Positions 17,212 through 25,976 of a stretch of DNA of 25,976 nucleotides are shown one piece after another. This DNA comes from a virus. Its lineage: Duplodnaviria; Heunggongvirae; Uroviricota; Caudoviricetes. The notes beneath the pieces were generated by a model. It saw only the letters and a program-made list of their open reading frames with translations. It did no database searches and was not told the DNA's origin. How positions within the stretch are numbered: the stretch's first letter is position 1; each line of letters opens with the position of its first letter. Made by a program: the position numbers and the translations under genes. Location of the stretch: positions 1 through 25,976 of the IMG/VR virus record IMGVR_UViG_2529293141_000017. One strand, given 5' to 3'.

Positions 17212-18369
17212 ATGCCGAGAATAATCGAATTACGCCAGCAGAAAACCGCCATTAAAAATCAGATGCGCGACATGCTGGAGAACGCTGAAAAAGAAAACCG
17301 CAGTCTTAACGATGCTGAGGGCGCAAAATTTGACGAATTACGCGCTAAAGCTGAATCCCTCGATAAAGACATTTCCCGCCTTGAAGCCATTGCAGACGAA
17401 GAGCGCAGCAAGCCAGGTAAAAGCAGTCAGACCACTGACCCCGCAGAACTACGAAACTACATTCTGACGGGTGAAACCCGCGCATTAAGTACAGGCGTTC
17501 CCGCTGATGGTGGTTATACCGTTATCCCCGAACTGAACACCGAAATCATGCGAATGCTGACGGATGAATCCACCATGCGCCGCATCTGTACCGTGAAGAA
17601 AATCAGCAGCAACGAGTTTAAGCAGCTTGTTTCCGCTGGCGGTGCGACCGTTAACCACGGTGAAGAGGGTAAGGCACGCGAACAGACCAGCACCCCGCAG
17701 ATTAACGAGGTGAGCATTAAGCTGTATCCGGTCTATGCGTACCCGCGCACCACACAGGAAATCGTGGATTTTTCCGATGTGGACATCCTTTCATGGCTGA
17801 CGGGTGAGATTGGCGACACCTTCACGGAAACCGAAGAAAGCGATCTGGTTGTGGGCGACGGTGACAAAAAAGCAAAAGGTTTTTTATCCGTACCCCGTGC
17901 AGAGAAGAACGACAAAGAGCGTGATTTTGGTACGTTGCAGGTAATTAAACCTTCCGAATCTCTGGCGTGGACATCTGCGGACCCGTTGATCGACCTGAAA
18001 TTTGCATTACGTAAAAAATACCGCAAAAACGCGGTCTGGGTGGTTAACTCCACGACGGCGGCAAAACTTCAGAAGGTGAAGAACGCGAACGGTGATTACA
18101 TCTGGCGCGACCGTTTACAGGCGGGTGATCCTGATACGTTGCTGGGCCTTCCGGTCGAATATCTGGAGTTTATGCCTGATAACGTTATTGCCCTGGGTGA
18201 CTTCAAACGCGGTTACTACATTGTTGATCACGAAACAGGTGTTCGCACCAGACCGGACAACCTCACAGAGCCGGGCTTCATCAAAATTTTCACGCAGAAA
18301 TATTTAGGCGGTGGCGTGGTGGATTCGAACGCGATCAAGATTCTGGAACTGCCACAGGACGACGATTAA
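17212..18369 (+). CDS. Major capsid protein (HK97 fold)
   Basis: Coiled-coil delta-domain-like N-terminus, ~385 aa, followed by a prohead protease gene. The TTG at 17167 is rejected because it would read through the hairpin. Confidence 0.88.
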   Translation: MPRIIELRQQKTAIKNQMRDMLENAEKENRSLNDAEGAKFDELRAKAESLDKDISRLEAIADEERSKPGKSSQTTDPAELRNYILTGETRALSTGVPADGGYTVIPELNTEIMRMLTDESTMRRICTVKKISSNEFKQLVSAGGATVNHGEEGKAREQTSTPQINEVSIKLYPVYAYPRTTQEIVDFSDVDILSWLTGEIGDTFTETEESDLVVGDGDKKAKGFLSVPRAEKNDKERDFGTLQVIKPSESLAWTSADPLIDLKFALRKKYRKNAVWVVNSTTAAKLQKVKNANGDYIWRDRLQAGDPDTLLGLPVEYLEFMPDNVIALGDFKRGYYIVDHETGVRTRPDNLTEPGFIKIFTQKYLGGGVVDSNAIKILELPQDDD

Positions 18370-18423
18370 CAGCATACAGAAGGGGCTTAAAAGCCCCTTT
18401 AGTGTTTTATGGGTGAAAAAATT

Positions 18424-18981
18424 ATGAAGAGTATGGAAATCCGGTCATCGGAAATCACCACCAGCGGAGCCGGTACGCTGACGGGCTACGTTGTTCGCTG
18501 GGATAAGCTTTCAGAACTGTTATGGGGTGAGTTTTACGAAAAATTCCAGCGGGGAGCGTTTACTGAATGGCTTGCAGCGGGTAATGACGTTCGCGGCCTG
18601 TATGAGCATGACCACAGTATGTTACTGGGGCGTACCCGTTCCGGCACGCTGAAACTGGAAGAGGACGAAACAGGGTTACGCTTTGAACTGACCCCACCGG
18701 ATACCAGCACAGGGCGGGACGTTATCGAACTGGTTAAACGTGGTGATATATCCGGCATGAGCTTTGGCTTTCGTTCCCGTAAGGATGTATGGGATACCAC
18801 AACAGATCCATGCGTGCGCACCGTGCTGGTGGCGGAACTGTACGAAATTACCGTTACATCCGTTCCGGCTTACCCTGATTCCGGCGTGGAGCTGGCCCGC
18901 CGTTCCCTGTATGAGCAGCACCCCGAAAAAATGCCGCGTGCGGATAATCGCCGCTGGTGGGTGGATTTAGCGGGGGTGTGA
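18424..18981 (+). CDS. Prohead maturation protease (HK97-family)
   Basis: Position between capsid and portal genes, and size. Alternative ATG at 18409. Confidence 0.8.
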   Translation: MKSMEIRSSEITTSGAGTLTGYVVRWDKLSELLWGEFYEKFQRGAFTEWLAAGNDVRGLYEHDHSMLLGRTRSGTLKLEEDETGLRFELTPPDTSTGRDVIELVKRGDISGMSFGFRSRKDVWDTTTDPCVRTVLVAELYEITVTSVPAYPDSGVELARRSLYEQHPEKMPRADNRRWWVDLAGV

Positions 18982-18982
18982 T

Positions 18983-20194
18983 ATGTGGCCTTTCAGAAGA
19001 AAAAAAGAGCAGCGCAGCATGACGCTTGATGAATTTATGGCGCTGGCTGGCACATCGAACACGGGGGCGGGTGAGTACGTATCATCGGGGACAGCGGAAT
19101 CACTGCCCGCCGTCATGAACGCCGTCACGGTCATCTCTGAGGCGGTGGCTACCATGCCGTGTTACCTGTACCTGGTACGCAATGAGAAGGGGAAGGAGGC
19201 CCGCGAGTGGCTTGATTCTCATCCGGTCGATCACATCCTCAACGAGCGCCCGAACGCATGGCAAACCCCCTACCAGTTTAAGCGAATGATGATCCGCCAC
19301 TGCCTGTTAAACGGTAATGCTTATGCGGTGATTCAGTGGGGGCGTGATGGTTTTCCGGCGGCTTTACATCCTTACCCGCCGCAGTCGGTGAACGTGGAGC
19401 AGACAGGCGAACACAACTGGCGCTACTGCATCACTGACGCCTACACCGGAAACACCCGCAACTATTTACCGTGGGAAGTACTTCACCTTCGTTACTCCAC
19501 GGATGACGGCTTTATGGGGCGCTCACCTGTAACCATCTGCCGCGAATCGCTGGGGCTTGGGCTGGCCCAACAACGCCACGGCGCGAGCGTGATGCGTGAT
19601 GGCATGATGGCGGCAGGGGTTATCACGTCAGGCGAATGGCTGGACGGCGTGAAGGGCAAACAGGCATTAGCCGCACTGGAACGCTACAAAGGGGCCAGAA
19701 ACGCCGGAAAAACGCCCATCCTTGAAGGGGGGATGAGCTATCAGCAGCTGGGCATGAGTAATCAGGATGCTGAATGGCTGGCCTCCCGTCGCTTCACCAT
19801 TGAAGACATCGCCCGAATGTTCAACGTCTCGCCGATTTTTTTGCAGGAATACAGCAACAGCACCTACAGCAATTTCAGCGAGGCAAGCCGCGCATTTCTC
19901 ACCATGACGATGCGCCCGTGGCTGGCGAACTTTGAGCAGCAGATAAAAAACGCCCTGCTGGTGGCCTCGCCTGTACCTGGTATCCGGTATCAGGTGGAGT
20001 TTGACAGCGCGGACCTGTTACGGGCCACACCTGGCGAACGCTTTGCCACCTATGAGCGCGGCATCAAATCCGGCGTTATGTGCCCGAACGAAGCCCGCGA
20101 ACGTGAAGGACTGTCACCGCGTGATGGTGGTGATGAGTTCAGTCAGGCATGGAAACAGGAAGTAAAAATCAGCGAGGGAGAAAAACCGGAATGA
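18983..20194 (+). CDS. Portal protein
   Basis: 403 aa immediately downstream of the protease, with a GGGGG Shine-Dalgarno. Confidence 0.88.
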   Translation: MWPFRRKKEQRSMTLDEFMALAGTSNTGAGEYVSSGTAESLPAVMNAVTVISEAVATMPCYLYLVRNEKGKEAREWLDSHPVDHILNERPNAWQTPYQFKRMMIRHCLLNGNAYAVIQWGRDGFPAALHPYPPQSVNVEQTGEHNWRYCITDAYTGNTRNYLPWEVLHLRYSTDDGFMGRSPVTICRESLGLGLAQQRHGASVMRDGMMAAGVITSGEWLDGVKGKQALAALERYKGARNAGKTPILEGGMSYQQLGMSNQDAEWLASRRFTIEDIARMFNVSPIFLQEYSNSTYSNFSEASRAFLTMTMRPWLANFEQQIKNALLVASPVPGIRYQVEFDSADLLRATPGERFATYERGIKSGVMCPNEAREREGLSPRDGGDEFSQAWKQEVKISEGEKPE

Positions 20195-20529
20195 ACATAG
20201 GGCGACTGCGTGACAGGATAACGATTCAGACCCTGAAACAGACCAGAGCCATGACGGGCGAAATACTCGAAACGTGGGAGGACGGTCACACACTCTGGGC
20301 AAGCGTGAACATGATCAGCAGCAAGGAGGCCATTTCATCGGGCGCAGAGCTGGCGATTGGTACCGTAAGGATCTGGATACGGTACCGGAAGGACATCAAC
20401 GCCACCAGCCGGATAAAGGTCAGTACGGGGCCGCTGGCGGGGCGTGTACTGAATATCATCGGGCAGCCGTTGCCGGATGTCGCCAGGACACGCCTTGAAA
20501 TTCTTTGTCGTGAGGGCGCGGAAAAATGA
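20191..20529 (+). CDS. Head-tail adaptor / head closure protein
   Basis: Small coupled ORF after the portal gene (ATGA overlap); the longer start at 20149 is rejected. Confidence 0.55.
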   Translation: MNIGRLRDRITIQTLKQTRAMTGEILETWEDGHTLWASVNMISSKEAISSGAELAIGTVRIWIRYRKDINATSRIKVSTGPLAGRVLNIIGQPLPDVARTRLEILCREGAEK

Positions 20530-20822
20530 CAGAAGAACTTATCACCCTGGAAGAAGTGAAACTCCATTGCCGTATCGATGGAGACGAGGAAGACCAGTTA
20601 ATCAGCGGATACATTGCCGCATCGCTTGAGGCGTGCCAGATACACATAGGCAGGCGCTTTGATGACGGGCTGGAGTTCACGCCAGCCATAAAGATTGGCT
20701 GCATGATGTTTATCGCTCACCTGTATGAGAATCGCCAGATTGTCGCGGATAACGCAAAAACACGCGTACCCATGACGATTGGCGCACTCTGGACGGCTTA
20801 CCGTGATGTGGGGGTGTACTGA
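20526..20822 (+). CDS. Head-tail connector (gp6-like)
   Basis: 98 aa, coupled, in the typical position. Confidence 0.55.
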   Translation: MTEELITLEEVKLHCRIDGDEEDQLISGYIAASLEACQIHIGRRFDDGLEFTPAIKIGCMMFIAHLYENRQIVADNAKTRVPMTIGALWTAYRDVGVY

Positions 20823-21262
20823 TGCCGTGGCAACCATTAAGACGATGCACAGAACCAGGCTGTAACAGGCGCGTTAAATCCGGCAAGTGTGAAGAGCACA
20901 GGCGGGCGGCATGGCGTGCAGAGGATGCCAGACGAGGACACCGCCGCGCGCGTGGATATTCCAGACAGTGGGACAAATACCGCGCCATGTATCTGAGTAA
21001 AAACCCGTTATGCGTGCGATGCCTTGAGAAGGGGATATATACGCCCGCCGTGGTGGTGGATCACATTATCCCGATTAATGGCGGTGATGATGTTCTCTTC
21101 TGGCCCGAATGGAACCATCAACCATTGTGTCAGGCGTGTCATAACCAGAAAACGAAATGGCTTGATCCGGCAACAAAAAGCAAGCGTGCCGCAGGTGGAT
21201 TTCGTGAAGAGGAAGAACGGGCCGCTAACCGCAATAACTGGATGTATGACGCTGATGAATGA
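20822..21262 (+). CDS. HNH endonuclease (terminase-associated)
   Basis: Cys-rich N-terminus and DHIIP...N.QPLC..CHN.KT HNH motif; located just upstream of terS. Confidence 0.85.
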   Translation: MPWQPLRRCTEPGCNRRVKSGKCEEHRRAAWRAEDARRGHRRARGYSRQWDKYRAMYLSKNPLCVRCLEKGIYTPAVVVDHIIPINGGDDVLFWPEWNHQPLCQACHNQKTKWLDPATKSKRAAGGFREEEERAANRNNWMYDADE

Positions 21263-21431
21263 GCGGGAACAAAACCGCCTTATCCGTGGACTTATAAGGC
21301 AGCGTGACGCATGGAAGACACAGGAAACAGGGCATAAAGATAAAGCGTCAGGACGTGCAGAACGCATCACAGCGAAGCGATTAACCGACCGTGACCGCGA
21401 GGTTATGGAATGTTTCCGCAATCGCTGGTGA
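21255..21431 (+). CDS. Candidate small basic protein (58 aa) overlapping the HNH stop
   Basis: Own translation MNEREQNRLIRGLIRQRDAWKTQETGHKDKASGRAERITAKRLTDRDREVMECFRNRW; the ATG overlaps the HNH stop by 8 nt. Confidence 0.3.
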   Translation: MNEREQNRLIRGLIRQRDAWKTQETGHKDKASGRAERITAKRLTDRDREVMECFRNRW

Positions 21432-21552
21432 TGCTGTATGACGGGGTGGGGGGGCGTTTTCAGGACAAACCCGACCCCGCCGGGCACCGAACGCCTCCTC
21501 AAATTTTTATGCACGGGAATTTTTTGAAAAATAATCTGGCGAAAAAATAAGC

Positions 21553-21909
21553 ATGGCAAGACCACCGAAAGCCCCCGCCTACCTGGATGATATCGCCGTG
21601 AAGCAGTGGCGGGAAAAATCGCGGCAGCTTGCGGAACGGGGTGACCTGACCCCCGCCGACTGGAGTAATCTGGAACTGTATTGCGTCAATTACTCGATAT
21701 ACCGGAAAGCCGTCGCAGACCTTGCGGCGCGCGGGTTCAGCATTGTTAACAGTCAGGGCGGAGAGAGCAGAAACCCCGCATTAAGCGCGAAATCCGACGC
21801 GGAAAGAGTGATGATAAAAATGGCCTCCTTGCTCGGTTTTGACCCGATAAGCCGCCGTAAAAATCCACCGGAAACAGAAGAAGAGGACGAGCTTGACCGC
21901 CTGGAATAA
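21553..21909 (+). CDS. terS: Terminase small subunit (P27-family-like)
   Basis: MARPPKAPAYLDD... N-terminus; overlaps the terL start. Confidence 0.75.
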   Translation: MARPPKAPAYLDDIAVKQWREKSRQLAERGDLTPADWSNLELYCVNYSIYRKAVADLAARGFSIVNSQGGESRNPALSAKSDAERVMIKMASLLGFDPISRRKNPPETEEEDELDRLE

Positions 21910-23554
21910 GTACGCAGAAGACGTAAAAACGGGCAAAATTCCGGCCTGTAAACGGCTGAAACAGGCCGTTAAACGGTACTTTTCGGACCTTGAAAGCCCC
22001 CTTTACACGTTCGATCGTGAGGTTGTGGAGCGGTTTATTGCCTTTTCCAGGGTGTGCCCGCACGTAAAAGGGCCGATGCGTGGCAGACCCATTGAGCTGG
22101 AGCCGTGGCAGCAGTTCGCCTTTGCGTGCATCCTCGGCTTTAAGGTTAAGGCCACCGGACGGCGCAAATACACGAGCGCCTTTATCGAAGTGCCGCGCAA
22201 AAATGCGAAATCCACGACCGCCGCGATTCTGGCTAACTGGTTTCTGATTATGGAGAACGGGCAGCAGGATATTTACACCGCAGCGGTGAGCCGTGACCAG
22301 GCGCGGATCGTTTTTGATGATGCGCGTCAGATGTGCCTTTTATCCCGACCGTTACGCAGGCGGGTGAATATTCAGGCCCACAAGGTGATGCACCCGAAAA
22401 GCAACAGCCTGTTAAAGCCGCTGGCAGCAAAAGCGGCAACCATCGAGGGAACAAACCCCAGCCTTTCCATCGTGGACGAATACCACCTACACCCCGATAA
22501 CGGCGTTTATTCCGCGCTTGAGCTGGGGATGGGCGCACGTCCCGAAGGGCTGTTATTTGCCATTACCACATCGGGCAGTAACGTCGTTTCAACCTGTAAA
22601 CAGCACTATGATTATTGCTGCCAGATCCTGGACGGCGAAGAGGTCAACGATTCAATTTTTGTGCTGATTTACGAGCTGGACGACGAAAACGAGGTTGATG
22701 ATCCGGCGATGTGGATAAAGGCTAACCCTAACATCGATGTTTCCGTGGATCGTGAAAAACTGGCCTCAACCATCCAGAAAGCGCGGGGTATTCCGTCGCA
22801 ATGGGTGGAGATGATGACAAAGCGATTTAATATCTGGTGCCAGGGGGCTACCCCGTGGATGGGTAACGGCGCATGGGCTGAGTGTGCCGGAACGTTCACG
22901 GAGGAAGATTTACACGGGCAGGAGTGTTACGCGGGGCTGGACTTATCATCAACCAGCGATATTTCCAGCGTGTGCTATGCCTTTCCGGTCGGTAAAAATA
23001 TCATGCTGGTTTCCCGTCATTATCTGCCGGAGTTCCAGCTACAGAACCCCGCCAATAAAAACCGCGCTGTCTATCGCCAGTGGGCTAAAGCGGGCTGGAT
23101 ACGCACAACGCCAGGTGACTGCATTGATTACGACCGGATCAGAGATGACATCATGCAGGATGCGGAGAAATTTAATATCAGGCTGGTGGGCTTTGATACG
23201 TGGAACGCCACGCATCTCAGGACGCAATTACAGGGGGCTGGTTTTGAGGTGGAGCCGTTCCCGCAAACCTACCTCAGATTCAGTCCGGCGGCGAAATCGT
23301 TCGAAGTTTTTGTTAACCGCAGGGTGATTGTGCATCGTGGCGATCCGGTGTTGTCCTGGTCGATGAGTAACGTCGTGATGCAGAGTGACGCGAACGCCAA
23401 TATCAAGCCGAACAAGAAAAAATCACCGAACAAGATAGACCCGAGCGTGGCGGCGCTGATGGCGTTTGGTACATTCCAGGCAGAGCATGAGGATTTTGCT
23501 TTTGATATAAGCGACAGCCACCGCCAGAAACTGGAAGAATTTAGCGGGGTGTAA
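21893..23554 (+). CDS. terL: Terminase large subunit
   Basis: 553 aa with ATPase motifs (VPRKNAKST; LSIVDEYH) and a nuclease-like C-terminal region. Confidence 0.9.
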   Translation: MTAWNKYAEDVKTGKIPACKRLKQAVKRYFSDLESPLYTFDREVVERFIAFSRVCPHVKGPMRGRPIELEPWQQFAFACILGFKVKATGRRKYTSAFIEVPRKNAKSTTAAILANWFLIMENGQQDIYTAAVSRDQARIVFDDARQMCLLSRPLRRRVNIQAHKVMHPKSNSLLKPLAAKAATIEGTNPSLSIVDEYHLHPDNGVYSALELGMGARPEGLLFAITTSGSNVVSTCKQHYDYCCQILDGEEVNDSIFVLIYELDDENEVDDPAMWIKANPNIDVSVDREKLASTIQKARGIPSQWVEMMTKRFNIWCQGATPWMGNGAWAECAGTFTEEDLHGQECYAGLDLSSTSDISSVCYAFPVGKNIMLVSRHYLPEFQLQNPANKNRAVYRQWAKAGWIRTTPGDCIDYDRIRDDIMQDAEKFNIRLVGFDTWNATHLRTQLQGAGFEVEPFPQTYLRFSPAAKSFEVFVNRRVIVHRGDPVLSWSMSNVVMQSDANANIKPNKKKSPNKIDPSVAALMAFGTFQAEHEDFAFDISDSHRQKLEEFSGV

Positions 23555-23567
23555 TGAGGTCAGCAGC

Positions 23568-23849
23568 ATGACAGAAGCCGAAATACTGCGATTAATCCGC
23601 CGCGTCTCTGGAATCAGCCAGCAGGCTGACGAACAGACCACGCAGCCGGACAGCGTGACAGCCGAAAATTATGCGCGTGTTGTTGCTGAGGTGATGCGCC
23701 GTGATGGTATCCAGCTTAATGATGCGGATATGCGCGACATACGGATCCGCGTTCTGGAAATGCTGGCCTACAATCGCCGCGTTGAACTGTATCGGGAGAA
23801 GGAGAAAATCACGTACCACTGGAAGAAGCCGGAGCGGTTACGGCGGTAA
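23568..23849 (+). CDS. Hypothetical protein (93 aa), last gene of the packaging operon
   Basis: GAGG Shine-Dalgarno; followed by a terminator at 24052. Confidence 0.5.
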   Translation: MTEAEILRLIRRVSGISQQADEQTTQPDSVTAENYARVVAEVMRRDGIQLNDADMRDIRIRVLEMLAYNRRVELYREKEKITYHWKKPERLRR

Positions 23850-23963
23850 CTTGTTGATTAAAAGGCGGCTCAATTCTGAGCTGGGTAGCTGACGGCGGTA
23901 ACTGTTTTATATTCCCGATAGCGCAAAAATGCGCGGTCGGGCAGAATGACCACCACCTCAATC

Positions 23964-23998
23964 GTGACGGAGAGTGACAACCAGTGACACACCGTGAC
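23964..23998. repeat. Four GTGAC motifs phased at exactly 10 bp: candidate protein-binding array
   Basis: GTGAC at 23964, 23974, 23984 and 23994. Confidence 0.5.
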
Positions 23999-24051
23999 AA
24001 AAAGACGGTTTAACCGTTCATTAAAAATCGACGTGATTTTGTGCTATCAGG

Positions 24052-24075
24052 ATGACGTGGCCAACGTCATTTTTT
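24052..24075 (+). terminator. Rho-independent terminator
   Basis: ATGACGT ggcca ACGTCAT followed by a T-run. Confidence 0.5.
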
Positions 24076-24107
24076 AGCGAAAAATTCTGATTAAGGTCAC
24101 TGGCTGA

Positions 24108-24233
24108 ATGGTCATAATGACCACGCAGACCATCGAGGCAACCATAGCGATCATCGTTACGGTTGGAGCTTTTCCGCCATTGGTGGAAAAGGTGCACATC
24201 TGGATCATCATTACGGTGATCAAGGGTATGTAA
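24108..24233 (+). CDS. Candidate 41-aa hydrophobic peptide
   Basis: Own translation MVIMTTQTIEATIAIIVTVGAFPPLVEKVHIWIIITVIKGM. Weak Shine-Dalgarno; not in the provided ORF track because it is under 60 aa. Confidence 0.2.
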   Translation: MVIMTTQTIEATIAIIVTVGAFPPLVEKVHIWIIITVIKGM

Positions 24234-24409
24234 AACCCACCAGCCTGATTAAATGTTAACCGGAAAAAAAATCCGGTAGCCCCGTTATGGGGATCCCCAT
24301 ATCGACATTAACGCCCCTCATGAATTGGTGCGCTTCCCCCTGGAAAGATTACCCGCCTGTATATTTCTTGTGTCTATTTGTTCCACGTTGTTTCATACAG
24401 TGCACCGAA

Positions 24410-24435
24410 CGGTGTAGTTAATGGTGTAGTCAATT
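24410..24435. repeat. Candidate attR core (CGGTGTAGTTAATGGTGTAGTCAATT)
   Basis: 25/26 identical to 9196-9221, in direct orientation. Confidence 0.55.
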
Positions 24436-24515
24436 TGCGATTTTTGGCACTTTTTCAATGATAATTGTTTAATTAAATCAATGACTTGACCTGGTGTGGT
24501 GATAAAAGGACATAT

Positions 24516-25976
24516 TTATTCATCTTTCGGCGCAGAATGCTGGCGACCAAAAATCACCTCCATCCGCGCACCGCCCAGCATGCTCTCTCCGGCGACGATT
24601 TTACCCTCATATTGCTCGGTGATTTCGCGGGCTACCGCCAGCCCTACACCTTGCCCAGGGCGTAAAGTATCAACCCGTTGACCACGGTCGAAAATGACCT
24701 CTCGCTTGCTTAATGGAATACCGGGGCCATCATCCTCGACCACAATATAGAGATGCTCGTCGGTTTGCCTTGCAGAAATTTCGACAAACTCGAGGCAATA
24801 TTTACAGGCATTATCCAGCACGTTGCCCATCACCTCGACAAAATCGTTCTGCTCACCGACAAAGCTGATCTCTGGCGAAATATCGAGAGAGATATTGACC
24901 CCTTTGCGTTGATACACTTTGTTCAGCGCTGAGGTGAGATTGTCCAGCAGTGGGGCGACCGGATGCAGCTCGCGGCTGAGCAATGTCCCGCCGCGCATAC
25001 TGGCACGATGCAGGTAGTAGCCAATTTGCTGTGAAATGCGGCTGATTTGCTCCAGCATTACCGGCTCAGCATCACTGACGCTCATCTTTTCACTACGCAG
25101 AGAACGCAGCGTACTTTGCAGCACCGCCAGTGGCGTTTTCAGACTATGGGTCAGGTCGGTGAGCGTCGTACGGTATTTGTCGTAACGTTCGCGTTCACTT
25201 TTTAACAATCGGTTCAGGTTTCGTACCAGACTGGTCAGTTCTCGCGTTGTGGCTGGATTGAGCAATTCGCGGTTATGTTCTTCCAGTTCGCGGACTTCTT
25301 TTGCCAGGGCTTCGATGGGGCGTAAACTCCACCAGGCGGCGACCCACAGCAGCGGGATCACTAACAGCAGATTGGCTGAGAGCACATAGATAAACCAGCT
25401 CCAGACCATATAGGAACTTTTTAGCTCCACCGGAATGGTATCCACCACCACAATGGTTAATTTTGGCATCCGCGATGTTGCCGGGTAGACGTTTACTGCC
25501 ACCGAGTGGGTCATCTCCGCGTCGTCATCATCTTCCCGCACTTCCTGCAACTGTTGCTGTATCGAATGATCTCCACTCAGCAAGAGGCTGGTATCGTTAA
25601 CATCCGCTTCAATTTCATGAAAACCATTCGATTTCAGCCAGTCAGGCTGGATCATCTTCATCAGCCAGGGCACGTCACGTTGCGCCCATAAAAGCTGCCC
25701 GTTCTCATCATAAATTAGCGTCATGGTGGGGCTTTGCTTGTCGATATTTTCGGGTAACTCGACATGCAACTTATTGTTTTCCCACTTCGCAAGGGTATAG
25801 AACAGATTGCTCTCGCCACGTAACAGCCGAAACGTAGTTTTATCGAAACTGACGCTATAACCGATCAGCGCGACCATTCCGTAGGCAAGCGAAAGCACCA
25901 GTACTACCGCTGCCGTTGCCAACAGAAAACGTACCCGCAGCGAGAGCGGGAAAAAAAGACGCAGTAATTTTTTCAT
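24516..25976 (-). CDS. phoQ: Sensor histidine kinase PhoQ
   Basis: 486 aa starting [25 protein letters not shown]..., with a periplasmic sensor region, HAMP and a HisKA/ATPase core; the start lies at the window edge. Confidence 0.96.
   Translation of the reverse strand: MKKLLRLFFPLSLRVRFLLATAAVVLVLSLAYGMVALIGYSVSFDKTTFRLLRGESNLFYTLAKWENNKLHVELPENIDKQSPTMTLIYDENGQLLWAQRDVPWLMKMIQPDWLKSNGFHEIEADVNDTSLLLSGDHSIQQQLQEVREDDDDAEMTHSVAVNVYPATSRMPKLTIVVVDTIPVELKSSYMVWSWFIYVLSANLLLVIPLLWVAAWWSLRPIEALAKEVRELEEHNRELLNPATTRELTSLVRNLNRLLKSERERYDKYRTTLTDLTHSLKTPLAVLQSTLRSLRSEKMSVSDAEPVMLEQISRISQQIGYYLHRASMRGGTLLSRELHPVAPLLDNLTSALNKVYQRKGVNISLDISPEISFVGEQNDFVEVMGNVLDNACKYCLEFVEISARQTDEHLYIVVEDDGPGIPLSKREVIFDRGQRVDTLRPGQGVGLAVAREITEQYEGKIVAGESMLGGARMEVIFGRQHSAPKDE

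Larger units (their letters stand above)
9196..24435. mobile_element. Integrated ~15.2 kb phage satellite / capsid-forming PICI-like island between roxA and phoQ
   Basis: Bounded by 26-bp direct repeats (25/26 identical). Contains int, alpA, a replication module with iterons, and a full head/terminase module, but no tail genes. roxA and phoQ are separated by ~15.5 kb of this element. Confidence 0.75.

Noticed and set aside
20710-21565. Minus-strand ORFs 20710-20988 and 21008-21565
   Set aside because: Antisense within the tightly coupled connector, HNH and terS genes; Arg/Ser/Pro-rich artefacts.
9196-24435. Interpretation as two independent tandem elements split at ~16990
   Set aside because: Only one integrase and one att pair are present and the right half has no replication or integration functions. 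A composite single satellite fits better; the internal att-like motif is kept as a finding.

Overview
This window reads as an Escherichia coli-type chromosomal segment (potB-potA / pepT / roxA(ycfD) / phoQ) interrupted by two separate mobile elements. All calls rest on reading the translations and DNA by eye; no database search was run. (1) Positions 1-~4360 are the right-hand end of a lambdoid prophage: the C-terminus of tail protein J, a Hok-like small ORF, a lambda-Stf-like side tail fibre with a collagen-like Gly-X-Y insert, mosaic and frameshifted tail-fibre-assembly genes, and a YkgJ-type Cys-cluster gene. It abuts the 3' end of potB, and potC is not where it would be expected. (2) Positions ~9196-24435 are a ~15.2 kb integrated island between roxA and phoQ, bounded by 26-bp direct repeats. 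It carries a P4-type integrase, AlpA, two tandem diverged repressor-like cassettes with their own operators, a block of small overlapping ORFs, a RecA-fold replicative ATPase followed by an iteron array, SSB and a PerC-like regulator. It then carries a complete HK97-type head and packaging module (major capsid, protease, portal, adaptor, connector, HNH, TerS, TerL) but no tail genes at all. I interpret this as a capsid-forming phage satellite (cf-PICI-like) and it is the main object of interest. Within it, the most notable details are the duplicated immunity cassette, the candidate ori, a terminator directly in front of a capsid gene that lacks a Shine-Dalgarno, a 10-bp-phased GTGAC array, a G9 tract and candidate cos regions.
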